A model generated the notes under the pieces. The model worked only from the letters and a program-made list of their open reading frames with translations, did no database searches and was not told where the DNA came from. The translations under genes and the position numbers were made by a program. Shown in pieces: positions 1 to 11,326 of a DNA stretch of 49,585 nucleotides. The stretch is from Catajapyx aquilonaris (Eukaryota), in NCBI GenBank assembly GCA_000934665.2, contig KZ539341.1, positions 1 to 49,585 of the forward strand, read 5' to 3'. The stretch's first letter is position 1, and each line of letters opens with the position of its first letter.

Positions 1-234
1 TTTCCAGGCAAACAGTGACGTCACCATTTGCCTACGAAAAAACGCCAATATCTCCGGAACTGAAACTGATATCTTAAAACGGAATATGCCAAAAAAAATC
101 CAAAAAATATGGGCGAATTTATTATGTAGTTTCCAAAATGAAGGCTACTTCCCCATTGTGTACAATCAACAATGTAAACAACTGTCAACAATGTCCTCGA
201 AATGGCGTCGGCGAATTGTTTTTTTTTTTTTCAT

Positions 235-558
235 GGATCTTGGGTTGGGTGCTTCCACACCTGCTGCAGTCACCTGGAGTGGCCCCCAGTGACTTTCACC
301 TGTTCAGATCCATGGAAAAAACTTCTTCACGGATGCAATTTCGAGGACATCGTTGAGTGTAAGCAGTTGTCCGGGAGGGTGTGCGTCGAACCTCCAAAAC
401 ATGGTTCCTGGAGGGGTTGGAAAGGTTGCCACACCCATGACCACATTTCATTCAGCTCCAGGAGGATTCTCTCGATAATGTGTGACTATCTGCCGACTGG
501 ACGGGCACTGTATTAGTGGCAAAAAAATCAATTGTAAATCATTTTAGTACGGCCCTCG
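235..558 (+). mobile_element. Degenerate mariner transposon 3' fragment (in LARS intron)
   Basis: Translation LGWVLPHLLQSPGVAPSDFHLFRSM resembles the mariner WEVLPHPPYSPDLAPSDFHLF motif. Ends in a CCCTCG|TA mariner-type terminus at 558-560. Confidence 0.7.
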
Positions 559-1023
559 TACAATCTAACCCCATTATAGTTTGTTCACCTGAGAATCTGC
601 CTAGTTTGGATTGGGAACAAATATCTCACAGTTGGAAAGATGTCTGGTAGGATTACATGAATTTAGCACTGTACAGAGGTGCCTCTGGCCTACTACTGGA
701 ACTCATGGGCAAGAACTGGAAATTATAAGCATACTGGAAAATGTGTATCCAGCCACATAAATATTTGCCCACAGCATGTTTTGGTTTGTCAGCACGCACT
801 GTGAACAAATATTTCCATAGCTGGTCATGCATTTTCAGGTAGGTGTTACAGTTCTTGTCTACAAGGTGTTATTTTCAGTACCAATAGTAGCCCAGAGGCA
901 CCTCTGTACAGTGCTAACTTCACAACATCCTACCATGCATTGTTCCGACCATTGGACACTTGTTCCCAATATCATCCAGGTAGATTCTCAGGTGAACAAT
1001 CTATTATGTGGTTGGGCTTGTTT

Positions 1024-1140
1024 AATATATTCAGCCTTAGAATAGTAAGGACATAGTGGGCAACAATGTCAACAATATCAACAATGTAACTTACAAATAA
1101 AGGCTTGGGATATCGATTCTGTTCTAAGGCTGAATATATT
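1024..1140. repeat. Short inverted-repeat element (MITE-like)
   Basis: AATATATTCAGCCTTAGAA(T)AG at 1024-1045 is the reverse complement of 1119-1140. Confidence 0.55.
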
Positions 1141-1214
1141 ATACAGTATAAGCTGCTTTTCTGTAGGTGGACTTGTTATGTATAAAACTGTTGAGAAGAA
1201 ACTAATCATTACAG

Positions 1215-1446
1215 TTGGAAGGAGTGGAACTGCATTACACAGATGAGGCAGAAGAGGGTACCCTTAGAGATGACTGCTGCCCTGGATCTCCATATGTGAC
1301 CTTTTGTACAAGGGAGAGTGTGAATGTGACCCTGGTCAATCCCCAACCACACAGTGGATACTTTCAGACGTCCATCTTGATCATGGATGGGGACACCCGA
1401 GATAAACTTATCACAAGGCTGTGCAGTGCTAATCATTTGATTAAAG
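1215..1446 (+). CDS. LARS1: Leucine--tRNA ligase, cytoplasmic; penultimate coding exon (C-terminal domain)
   Basis: cag acceptor before 1215 and G|gtgaga donor at 1447. LEGVELHY..RDDCCPGSP..VTLVNPQPHSGYFQT..GDT..ITRL matches the metazoan LARS C-terminus as recalled (human LEHIEVKF..REDCCPGKP..VSLVNPQPSNGHFST). Upstream exons lie outside the window. Confidence 0.9.
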
Positions 1447-1622
1447 GTGAGAACATTCATAGCAGTCAAAATAAAAGTGCCTTCTACTTGGAATTTTACA
1501 TTTATGTTACAATAATTGCTGAACTGACCTCTGATTCTGAAGCAGTGGTTCTGTTCTGATTTTTAAGGCCCAACTTCCTGAAATATCAAACCCTGCCTTG
1601 AAGCTGCCTGTCTAACAGCTAA

Positions 1623-2005
1623 CAGGATGGCCATAAAGTCTGGAACCAATGGCAGTATTATTTTCTGATTCAGGTGAGATATGGCACCGACAAAAGATGA
1701 CTGAGTGTTGTTAATTCGTCTTTGCACACGAGAGGGATGGATTCAGAGGGAAGTGGCAGCCGAGTTAAATAAGGGACATCCCTAGAGGTCAATAATAGCA
1801 ATTTTCCAACTGCACTACAGCTTATTGACCTCTCTGGATGCCCCCTTTTGAACTCAGACACCACTTCCGTCTGCAACCATCCCTCTCGCCCACAAAGAAG
1901 AATTGACACCACTTGGTCGTCTTTTGTTAGTGCCATAGGTCACCTGAAATGAGAACTAATGAGAACACAATATTCCCATTGGTTCCAGACTTTATGGCCA
2001 CCCTG
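1623..2005 (-). mobile_element. Internally deleted Tc1/mariner element carrying an N-terminal HTH (DUF4817-like) remnant
   Basis: TIRs CAGGATGGCCATAAAGTCTGGAACCAATGG / CCATTGGTTCCAGACTTTATGGCCACCCTG. Minus-strand MALTKDDQVVSILLCGREGWLQTEVVSEFKRGHPERSISCSAVGKLL resembles a transposase HTH N-terminus. Confidence 0.75.
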
Positions 2006-2055
2006 CATATTACTTTCTAATATTTGGTTGAAGGGCTTTTGCTTTCCGATTATAA

Positions 2056-2207
2056 AGGTGCGTTTACATGTGAGCGATTTGATCGTGGATGTCATTGCCA
2101 GCTGTAACATGCAGTGTAACCATAGTAACCAGTATTGTTTGAGGCGAAAATCGATTGTTACTTTCACCTCGAACAATTGGATTCATCGCTCACATGTAAA
2201 CGCACCT
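2056..2207. mobile_element. PIF/Harbinger-type MITE
   Basis: TIR AGGTGCGTTTACATGTGAGCGAT / ATCGCTCACATGTAAACGCACCT with TAA/TTA flanks. Confidence 0.75.
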
Positions 2208-2401
2208 TTAAGAAAGACTTGCAGACCCAACAGACCTGGGATGAGTCAGACCTGAACTTCTGGTAGAAAATTTGATCTATCCGCTCAGGTTGTGGCCTCT
2301 GATCTTGGAAAGTGAAGGTATCCAAGAGGCATGGCATAGTGGATAATTTGGGCCACATGCTTACGCATAGGATAAAAGTCTTAATCCTATAATTTTTGCA
2401 G

Positions 2402-2610
2402 ATCCTCGCAAAGTTACAGTACTTCGATACGAGGACCCCAGTTTGGGTCCACGGAAGATACCAGTACTTGGTGATCTCTCAGAAGGCAAAGTCCGAGTGC
2501 CAGATGATGCAATCTTCCGAATAGATGTTGCCAAGGGAATGGTGGCTCTAGAGGACAATGGTGGAGGATTGAAGCCTGTGGGTCGTCAGTTGGCATATCT
2601 GGTTGGGTAG
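2402..2610 (+). CDS. LARS1: Leucine--tRNA ligase, cytoplasmic; last coding exon
   Basis: ttttgcag acceptor, phase 1 matching the previous exon. Encodes (D)PRKVTVLRYEDPSLGPRKIPVLG...LAYLVG* (human recall: [24 protein letters not shown]...IIYLVH*). TAG at 2608-2610. Confidence 0.9.
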
Positions 2611-3016
2611 ACAGAAGAGAGATGGATGAGATGGAAGGAGTGGTGTTGCTTTTTTTGTTTGGCTGTGAAAGCAGTGTACAAGTTTTATTCATTTTCTTTG
2701 TGTCAGTTATGATATACGGGTTTGCATTGAAACTGATAGAGTGAAGTTTTTCACTGTTAAGTTATTGGTATGTGTGTTTGTTGGAATCTGTTGACTGTAT
2801 AAGATATAACTGGTATTGTTTGCAGTGACAGGTTGAAAACGATGCTACCAGTGAGATAGGAAATATACAAGCTTGATTGTATAAGGTGCCTAATTTGCTT
2901 CTCTCACTTCCATTTTACTTACATGTGTGTGTCACATGTATTGTTGGCAGCTTCAAAATTTAACCTGAAGCCACTGCTTAATGCTTATAACTTGGTGTAA
3001 GATCGTTCACAGTGTA

Positions 3017-3177
3017 CAGTGTTGGTCATATATCGAGGCAATCGCCAGCGACATTTTCCGAAGCGGCAGAAGAAGGAATCGAAGATAAGCATACTTACAA
3101 GCCGGGCGAGCAAGATTCCTTCTTCTGCCGCTTCGGAAAATGTCGCTGGCGGTTGCCTCGATATATGACCAACACTA
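3017..3177. mobile_element. Palindromic TA-target MITE, family A copy 1
   Basis: About 64-bp arms CAGTGTTGGTCATATATCGAGGCAA...GAAGAAGGAATC. Same family at 15657 and 18018. Confidence 0.8.
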
Positions 3178-3509
3178 CTATAATTAGCACAGTTGAATGT
3201 AAGCTGATAATTCTACTATTGAGTCCAAATTTGTTTTGCAAATTTAGAGCTGGTGTAAAAGCTTTCCGGACTGACATTTTAATAAATTTATGCATCAATG
3301 TCAGTGTTATGTGCATTGTTTTGTTGGGTGCACTTCACCTTTTTCTCTTTCCACCTGCAATTAGCTTCCTTGATCATCTTCTGCTCTTCTTTCCTGGAGT
3401 CTTGTTTCAGTAAGCAAACCTGCTTATGTTTGTTCAGTGGACATAGGTCTTTGATATGAAAGTTGCAGTGTGATTCAGGACGAACTCCAAGCTGGAATGT
3501 CCAGACCTG

Positions 3510-3755
3510 AGAATTATTTGTGTTAGTTTCCACCACTTAATTTCAGTCGCAATGATTGAGTGACCTCTACTTCGAGCTTCAGTTAGTGTGCATGGCCTTG
3601 CATTGAATCTTGCTAACTTCTTGCAACCAGAATTGCTTGTGCTAGTTTCCACCACCTAATGTCAGTCGCAATGATTCAGTGATGATGTACCTCGCCTTTG
3701 AGATTCATTTAGTGTGAATAGCCTCTCATTGATTCTTGCTAACTCCTCACAACCA
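3510..3755. repeat. Diverged tandem duplication, about 120-bp unit x2
   Basis: ...TAGTTTCCACCAC..TAAT.TCAGTCGCAATGATT...CATTGA.TCTTGCTAACT...CAACCA occurs at about 3510-3628 and 3629-3755. Confidence 0.7.
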
Positions 3756-4559
3756 TGCCAAATATTTACCCATTCTGAGTACACAAGCTACCATTTTCTT
3801 GTGATGCAGATGAAATAAATATGGTCCAATCAACTAACTACAGATGTATTTTTAAATCTTGAATTTTCATATCCCTTGATTTTCTTTCCTCGTCAATTAT
3901 TTTTCAAGAGTGTGCATCTTGAACAAACATCTTCATTTGGTTCATGCTAACAGAAAGTGAGGTGGAGAGATAGAGGGAAAACTCATTAATTTGTAATCTG
4001 AATAATCTAAATACAATGACATGCTTCTGCTGTTGATATGATATCACTGAAATATGGTTCCTTCAAAACTACTGTTCCAGGTGTAAGACCGTGGTTCAAG
4101 GAGTAGGAGAGTAGCATGCATTACTTTCATGTTACTTGCCCATTGTGACGTCATGCTATTCTGAAATTCTCTTGTTGAATGAACTGTGATAACCTACAGA
4201 AGCAACAGTTGTTTACATAAAAATTTATTGTATGCCAACATGAAAATTTTAAAGCATCGCCTGCCCTGCACCTGATTAGCAGAATGAATTGACTGTACCT
4301 GTTGGCTGTAGAGATGTAAGGTACTATATCTCTCAAAAACATAGAGCTACTGACCTCAGCTTGTAAAATCAGTAGAGATGAGAATTCTGACATACTATGA
4401 CCTGAACTTGAAAGGGTTGCCAAGTATTCCCTCTAGGACAAGAGGATATGGAAGGCCACTATGCCAAACCTCAGCTCACTCATCAGACAGCAGTTCCTGC
4501 AACAGTCCTCACTCTGACTTGCATAATGCACAGGTTGATTGCCAGAGGAGCTGAAGAAG

Positions 4560-4760
4560 GCTGTGGAAAATTTATTGATGTGATGTGTGCTGCTTCTGCA
4601 AGACAACACTCCTGCTCCCACTGCATGGTGCCCATGGCTGCTATGAAAGAATGTGCCTTCTGATAATTGCCTCATCCTCCCTATTCACTAGATGTGGCCC
4701 CTTCCGACTTATTCTCATTCTCCAATATGAATGAACAATTTCCTCTCCATCTTTTTGAGC
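4560..4760 (+). mobile_element. Degenerate mariner transposase fragment
   Basis: LPHPPYSLDVAPSDLFSFSNM at 4667-4730 is a YSPDLAP-motif relic. Confidence 0.6.
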
Positions 4761-4820
4761 GATCTTTTCAGATGTGGTGCAAACAAATAAATATACAGTA
4801 TTTAAAATGTACTGATCTAT

Positions 4821-5207
4821 TGGGAGGTGCGGTGGCCGAGCTGGTAACGGCTCGGCTTGCTGATTGAAAGGTCCCAGGTTGGATCGCTGCCCGGGATTCC
4901 CCTTTTGCCTGCGTCAGGAGGATCTCTGACCCGAGCCTTGGAGGTGTCTGGCAGCCTAACCTCCTGGGGGACTGCACGTGCACATGGTGCAGTTTGAGAC
5001 ATTGCACTTGCACCCGCGTCCCCTTCCCAAAAATCCCCATTCCCTTCCCCATGTCCCCTTCTCACGTGCATGGTGTTTCGAAGAAAATTCTGAAAATAGT
5101 ATTGGAAAAATGGTGGTGTTCCACACACACCCTACCCTCCCTCCCCCCCCCCCNCCCCCTACAGGAGTGATGATTCTCCCAATGGTGTAAGTAGAAAAAA
5201 GAAAAAA
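4821..5207 (+). mobile_element. tRNA-derived SINE, family S1 copy 1
   Basis: A-box TGGCCGAGCTGG, B-box-like GGTTGGATC, conserved body, A-rich tail, and 12-bp TSD GTACTGATCTAT (4809-4820 / 5208-5219). Confidence 0.9.
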
Positions 5208-5480
5208 GTACTGATCTATGGCTTTACTTTTATATTAGGCTACTTGCAATGGGAAAATATCATTTAAACTTTAGAGGCTTCTTCCATGTGAACGTGTATA
5301 TTACGTGCTATATTCTGAAAGATGATGCAATAACTGCAACAATATTGGTTTAGGATACCAGGAATGCCTACATTTTTATTTAGCATGTAAAACACAAGAA
5401 CACATGCTACATGACTTGTTCAAGTTTACAAAATGTTTGCCTTTAACAACAATACTGTAAGGTCAGGACAGCAAATTGCA

Positions 5481-5841
5481 CTAAGCATCATGCTTCTCTG
5501 GGAGTGTGCCCTTTGAAATAGGGATCTCCTTGGGCTGTTGCTCCTTGCCTGGAACTGGTGCCTCAATGGTCAAGGTGCCATCAGGTGACAAGTATGACTT
5601 CAGATTAGCCAGGTCAGCTTCTTCAGGCAGGGTGTACTTGTGAGTCATCTCCTGATAGCTCTTCACTCCATCCACACCATCCCTCTCTGCATTGGCCCGA
5701 ATAGTCACCACCCGGTTATCCAAACTCACTTTCACATCTTCTGGCTTGAAGCTTCCAACATCCAGCGAAACACGGAACCCAGTCGTTGGGCTGCATACAG
5801 GAATGGACTGGTAGCGAGGTGACCAGATACTGCGATCCATC
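5481..5841 (-). CDS. Small heat-shock protein (HSP20/alpha-crystallin family), exon 2
   Basis: Alpha-crystallin domain FRVSLDVGSFKPEDVKV...YTLPEEAD...LSPDGTLTIEAP and C-terminal IPI motif. Acceptor ttttcag before 5841, stop TAG. Confidence 0.93.
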
Positions 5842-5884
5842 CTGAAAACATTGTAATTCGCACAAGTAATTTAAATATATATAT

Positions 5885-6095
5885 ATTTATTTATTTATTT
5901 ATTTATTTATCATACCCCGTGCTAGAGCCTTTGGCTCCCTTAGGGGGGTGGATTACCACCATTGGATGGAACCAGGGATAGGGAAAGAAGGAAGCGGCTG
6001 TGGCCTATTTTTACAGAAACGACCCCGGAATTGTCCTGGGGGGGACCATGCTGGAAAACCACAGAAAACCGTGGTCAGGGTCGCCGGCGCCGGGA
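5885..6095 (-). mobile_element. 5'-truncated SINE in the sHSP intron
   Basis: Minus strand has a central segment GGTTTTCTGTGGTTTTCC...GGCCACAGCCGCTTCCTTC, a 3' tail ATGGTGGTAATCCACCCCCC...CTAGCACGGGGTA shared with S1 SINEs, then (AAAT)n. Confidence 0.7.
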
Positions 6096-6144
6096 TTTAT
6101 TAATTTAAATACAGTATATACTACAGTATATATGATATACTCAC

Positions 6145-6299
6145 TTGTCCATATACCGTTCCATCTCTCTGACCGCCAGCCTGACTTCATCAAATGGATA
6201 CCACCTGTGCCTCCAGAAGAAATTCCTCTGCGGTACCACACGGGCCACCATCACACGCACCTGCGGCATCACCGCCGCAACACGACGTAAACCATGCAT
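6145..6299 (-). CDS. Small heat-shock protein, exon 1 (mitochondrial-presequence-like N-terminus)
   Basis: ATG at 6299 gives MHGLRRVAAVMPQVRVMVARVVPQRNFFWRHRWYPFDEVRLAVREMERYMD-K. AA|gtgagt donor at 6144, phase 2 matches exon 2. Total 171 aa. Confidence 0.85.
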
Positions 6300-6341
6300 C
6301 TTGCTATCACCAAATACTCTTCACACGGCAGGATCATCCGA

Positions 6342-6439
6342 TTTATATACTGCGCGGTCACCCGCAACCCTGTAGGAAAATTGCGTCACTAGAATTGTCT
6401 GGAAAAGTGGAAACCTACTAGACAGTTCTGGACCTTTCC
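6342..6439 (-). promoter_or_regulatory. sHSP promoter: TATA box and heat-shock-element-like arrays
   Basis: TATATAAA on minus at 6342-6349. Alternating nGAAn/nTTCn pentamers aGAAt-tgTCt-gGAAa (6391-6405) and aGAca-gTTCt-gGAcc-tTTCc (6420-6439). TTGCGTCA ATF/CEBP-like site at 6381-6388. Confidence 0.65.
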
Positions 6440-6776
6440 GCCAGATGGTATGAATAGGTGAATTAGGTGGTGTCGTCATCTGTTGGCCATTTATCCAACT
6501 GTATGCCATTCCCCGTGGCACCTTCTCCCTGGTTTCCTTGATTCGTTCCTGCCTGACTGCCCCGACGGGTGTTTCACGCATGCTGCACGTGCCCCAATCA
6601 TTGAGCATAGCGGATAAAAAAAGGCCACGGACAAGGCACACAGCAAGAGAGTGACAAAACCAGACAGTTGGGTGTTTAGATACGGCGGTGTGCGTCTTGG
6701 TGAGCTTCAAGTCGGGGTAGAGGTACGGGATTCTTTCCTCGCTTTCTTATTCTGTTCCCATGCCAACCTCCAAACA

Positions 6777-6840
6777 TCAGTTGTTCGGTGGTCGGTTACC
6801 GTTTATGTGACGTGTGAATCGGACAGTTGGCTGATATCAG
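6777..6840 (+). promoter_or_regulatory. Putative TSS and 5'-UTR exon of the TMEM53-like gene
   Basis: Initiator-like TCAGTT at 6777 in a CpG-rich stretch and CAG|gtagta donor at 6841. Inferred, no transcript data. Confidence 0.4.
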
Positions 6841-7699
6841 GTAGTACAGGCTCGAGTCTTATATTTGGTGTTCAATTCATTCCGTGCAGCCATGACAATT
6901 TTTGTGTCGTGACACCTCAGTTGGGAGCAGCTCAGCAGCTGTATGTGTGCTCTATTTGGTACAGGATGAGTGGTATTATGTTGCATACAGGGGGTGGGAG
7001 ATTAATTACTGTAATTTTGGTGGATCGGATATGTAGAGCATACACATTATTGCATTGTGTGTATTGTGGGCATGCACTGGTTAAGTAATGCAGTGGGATT
7101 ATAAATACATGGAATCTTGGCACTAGTGATTGAACCAGACCTATCCCAAGCAGCTGACAAGCATTTTGTGTGGCTATTATTCTCTTATCAAGGTTACAGG
7201 GTCAAGTGTATGTTTTATGCATGCTCATGTGACACACTTTCTTTATGCCTAGACTGCTAGACAGGAATGTTGTGTGAGGCTACCACAAGTGCATTATAAA
7301 GTGTGTGTGTTGAGACAGAATTACTCAACTGATAAAAAACAGTGGCTGATTACTTGAAATAGAACGTGCTCTACATTGTATACATATAACTTGTGAATAG
7401 TAGGACAATAGTCATCGGTCAACCAACAACCTGGACCTAGAGTAACAAATTATGATACTCCTTATTATTATTAGTTTTGCAAGGCCTTAACCATTGGGAT
7501 TTCATTTATTGGATGTGATGGGGTGAAGATGAAGTGAAGGTTCCCTTTCTACTTTTTTAGTGGTAGAATTGAACTGTCCTGCTGGTTTTTTTATTCCTCA
7601 CGATTCACAGGCTCAAGGTGGAGCAGCATGAGCTTGGCTGTGGGAAGGAAATAGATTAACTTATATAAGCATAATTAATGGGTAAGGTAAGCATAATTG

Positions 7700-7944
7700 A
7701 GGGGTGTTTTGGAAAAAGGTGATAACCCACAAAAGTGTAATTTTTCAGGAGAGCGAATTGAAGTTTGCACTCTCTTCACAAATCATAGGGAATGCAGGTT
7801 TTGAACTAGTCCATGTGGCTGTCTCGTGCATGATACGTGAACTTGGAGTATACCAAACTGTTTGTCATGCCCTTTGCGTAGTTGCTGGGTGTTTAGGTCA
7901 AAAATGACAAAATGAGGGTTATCACCTTTTCCCACCACACCCCT
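7700..7944. mobile_element. TIR MITE, family B copy 1
   Basis: AGGGGTGTTTTGGAAAAAGGTGATAACC / GGTTATCACCTTTTCCCACCACACCCCT. Homologous inverted copy at 48715-48971. Confidence 0.75.
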
Positions 7945-8652
7945 CAAGTGTGTACAAAATTTGTATTCCAGATTGGTGCAAAATGTCATGAAATGAACAT
8001 GTCTTATGCAGATCAAAATGTTCAAATCCTGACTCCCTGAGTCCTTCCCTCCCAGGGGGTGGCCATTCCGCCCCCTTTTGTGTAAGCTTAGCTCCTCTCT
8101 CTCTCTCTCTCTCTCTCTCCCTCTCTCNNNNNNNNNNNNNNTTGGTGGGGAGATGAGCTAAGCTCACTGGGGGAGCAATGCATAAGGCAGTGGTTTCCAA
8201 CCTTTTACCAACTGCGACCACCTAAACATGTTTCCATAAATGTGCGACCTCCCCCCCTCCTCCCCTACCCTTGCCCTCTTACAACTGCCCCCTTTCCAGA
8301 AAACATACACTCTGTACCACAGCAAAAAATGGTTCAATTGACACAGATATTGCAAAAAAAAATTTGTCTAACCAAGGCTCGCGACCCACCGGTTGGTATA
8401 TGGGTGAGAGGGGCCTGCTCTCACCCCATTTTAAACATTGTCCTATGTAGGTGTAGCCAGCAATGACCAGGTGATTCAACACCTAGCCATCTCATGACTG
8501 ACATGTGTTAATCCTCTGGTAACTGGTATTTTGTGGGATATGTTTTTAATTTTAAGAGGGATTTGAAGTGTGTAGTGATTTATAATGAATTTGATTTCAT
8601 TTTCAGGTATTTTTCAAAATTTCTGGTCGAATGGTAAATTGAAGAAGGTGAC

Positions 8653-8736
8653 ATGAACGTCTTGAGGAAAAGCTCTGGCTGGTTGCTGTTGCTGGGACAA
8701 CGCAACTTGGCCTTCAGACAGCAGCCCACATGTGCC
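8653..8736 (+). CDS. TMEM53: TMEM53/DUF829-like protein, coding exon 1
   Basis: Acceptor at about 8606, ATG at 8653, MNVLRKSSGWLLLLGQRNLAFRQQPTCA, GCC|gtgagt donor, phase 0 matching the exon at 13129. Confidence 0.65.
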
Positions 8737-8890
8737 GTGAGTTATCAATAAATTGTTTCAGTTATGCTGCTGCTCTTGATGTGGTGCCTTTTTGGCAATG
8801 CAGCTATATTAGACATGGCACAGGTTTAAAGCTTAGAAATGGTAATGCCAGACATGATTTCTTTTTCTATGCACAAGAAAACATCAAGTA

Positions 8891-9030
8891 CAGGGTGTTC
8901 CAAGTATGTGGGTTGCTTTAGTTATAGATTTCACTAGAAGCTGTTCTTTGGACATCTGGATCACAAAAATGACTTCTTCGGGTGATATTAGTGATAACTG
9001 AAAACGATGAGCCATACTAGGAACATCCTG
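8891..9030. mobile_element. Tc1/mariner-type MITE
   Basis: TA|CAGGGTGTTCCAAGTATG ... CATACTAGGAACATCCTG|TA. Confidence 0.7.
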
Positions 9031-9518
9031 TATATAGAAAGTATTTATATGTAACAAGAGCAGATGCAAATAAATTGTATGTAGGCTAATCACAAGTTGT
9101 TGGAGTAAAATACAAATTAAGTTGCTATTTGGAATGTAACATTATACTGCAATGTCATTTCATTGAAATTTTTAAAATAAGATCTATTTCTAAAGGACTG
9201 TGGTTAGACTGTTCTGGTCTGCTTCTGAGTAATTTTTTTTGAAGGTCATGCATGAGATGATTTCTAGTATGTAATCTTTCATGCGAATGACCTTTGGAAA
9301 ATTCTTCGTCTGACTAGGAGGTAACGTGCAAAGTAGCACAATTAGCATGTTTGAGAAGGATTATAAAGATTCTTGTGCAGAGTAGATAAAAATTTCCACT
9401 GAACATGCAACAAGGAAATTGCACAGCCATGCACAGATTGGTGAGAAAATTTTTAATATAATCAGATTTACATCATCCGAAAGCCATTATCATTATACTC
9501 ATTTGTTTCTTACCACAA

Positions 9519-9864
9519 TAATAATAATATATTATTATAATCCAAGTAGTGCTTGACCTCATCAGAGGTATACAGCATGGGCCTTTATTTATGTCTCGTA
9601 CATATATTGGAGCATTTTTACGTAACACCCGGGCCCACGGGCAGGATGACAGGAGGGGATGTGCATAGTGCAGTGCAATGTCTTGGGTGTGGTGATTTTG
9701 TGAACTCCCCGGGGTGGATTAGTCTATGGAAATTCCACCCGAGACGAAGCCAGAGATGGCTCAACTCTGCACGAGATGAAGGGGGGAACTCCGGGCTGGG
9801 ATCGAACCCGGGACCTTAACATCCGTGGGCACATACGTTACTGCAACGCCACTCCACCTCCCTT
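9519..9864 (-). mobile_element. tRNA-derived SINE, family S2
   Basis: Minus-strand head GGGAGGTGGAGTGGCG...GGTTCGATCCC, (TTA)n tail, 18-bp TSD ATTTGTTTCTTACCACAA (9501-9518 / 9865-9882). Confidence 0.88.
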
Positions 9865-10123
9865 ATTTGTTTCTTACCACAAGATGAGAGCCTATGAATC
9901 AGCTCTTTAACAATTCCTTTTAAAACCTGAAGTCCAGAACGATCAGTCCCACTTTGGCCAAAGGTAAGATAGGCATTGCTTACGATGGTTCTTGACCCAT
10001 ACTTTTAGATGATATAGTTAGTTTTCTTCTAAAGAATTACAGTCTCCTATTGCAATTTGTGGGGAAAAAAAATTATTTGGAATAGTGCAATCTTCAGCCT
10101 TCACACCCTCATTTCTCAAAATC

Positions 10124-10859
10124 GGGGAGGCAGAGTAGCACAGTGGTAACACTTGTGCCCATGGACAGACAGGTCCTAGGTTATATCCCAAGCCCAGGTT
10201 TTCTCTTTCTCATCTTGTGTGGAGTTTCGTTGTCTCTGGCTCGGGTGGATCTCCATTGCAATATAATCACCCAGGGGACTTCAGAAAAAAACGACATTGC
10301 GCTAGCACCTGTACATCTCCCGGACTTGACAGAACAGGACTATGCTTGTACACCAGGGGTTCCCAACCTTTTCGTCATGACGCCCTCCTTTTCGTTTTCA
10401 CCAAACACTCGCCCCCCCCCCCNNNNNNCCCCCCATAAATTTAGCAATTGTTTCTTGAAAGAAAATTTTGTAACTGAGGAATGAAAACCTATTGAAAAAG
10501 GGACAACAACAGAAGGGCCAAAAAGCCCGCGGCAGGCGAAATTTTTTGGGGGGTTCAAGGTCACAAAGTTCAGGTGAATGTAGCTGACGAAGTACAGTGG
10601 AATCTTCCTACACTGTAAGCACATCGGATACAAGCAATGAGAAAAGTCGGTCCCTTCATATTTCCAGCAGCGCCAAGGGGAAACATGTTACATTATTTTG
10701 CGTATTCCTCATGGCCTCACGCCCCCCCTGAAATCCTCTCACGCCCCCCAGGTTGGGAACTACTGTTGTACACCATAAAGGCATAAAGCAAAATAGAGGT
10801 ACCGTGCCAGATGCCCAATATGGGTGGTGATGGTGCACTAACCCTGTTATTTTTATTAG
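10124..10859 (+). mobile_element. tRNA-derived SINE interrupted by a hAT MITE
   Basis: Head GGGGAGGCAGAGTAGCACAGTGGTAACAC with a degenerate B-box, and 11-bp TSD TTCTCAAAATC (10113-10123 / 10860-10870). Confidence 0.75.
10354..10765. mobile_element. hAT (Charlie-like) MITE
   Basis: TIR CAGGGGTTCCCAACCT / AGGTTGGGAACTACTG and perfect 8-bp TSD TTGTACAC. Confidence 0.88.
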
Positions 10860-11326
10860 TTCTCAAAATCATTCCATCATGACTGATTATTCTGCATTTC
10901 AAATTGTTATTTGGAGTTAGCATTTCCTCATACTGTCATTATATCTAGGAATATATTCCTTAGTGTGCAAAAAAAAATTACTTTTCAATAAAGGAGAACT
11001 GTACAAATTCACAACTGCCCCAAGGAAACATTATTTATTAGCACAATATATCTTGGGCATATTGAGAAACCCACTGAGCCAATATTCAAAGTTCTAAATT
11101 TTTATACCACTAGTCGCTTCTTTTTCTGCTCTGTTGGATGGTGGTTGGTGAAATGATGGGCAGTTTTTGTGACCAACGCCACTTTTTTGCTCTAAGAATA
11201 ACTTGGAAAATATAGAACATTGGAGATTCACCTTTGAGAACATATTCGGTTGGTTCCTTCTGTAATTAAAGGCATTTGGTTTAAATTTTCTGGGGAAAGA
11301 GCACGATCAGGAATAAATACATTAGG

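Noticed and set aside
579..1214. Additional LARS exons or a stop-recoded gene upstream of 1215
   Set aside because: The exon-like segments (579-783, 839-991, 1167-1214) contain in-frame stops and do not resemble the expected LARS sequence. Other genes here use standard stops. Treated as intron.
6321..7088. ORFs of 129 and 145 aa across the divergent promoter
   Set aside because: Non-ATG starts, no domain signal, and they overlap promoter and 5'-UTR sequence.
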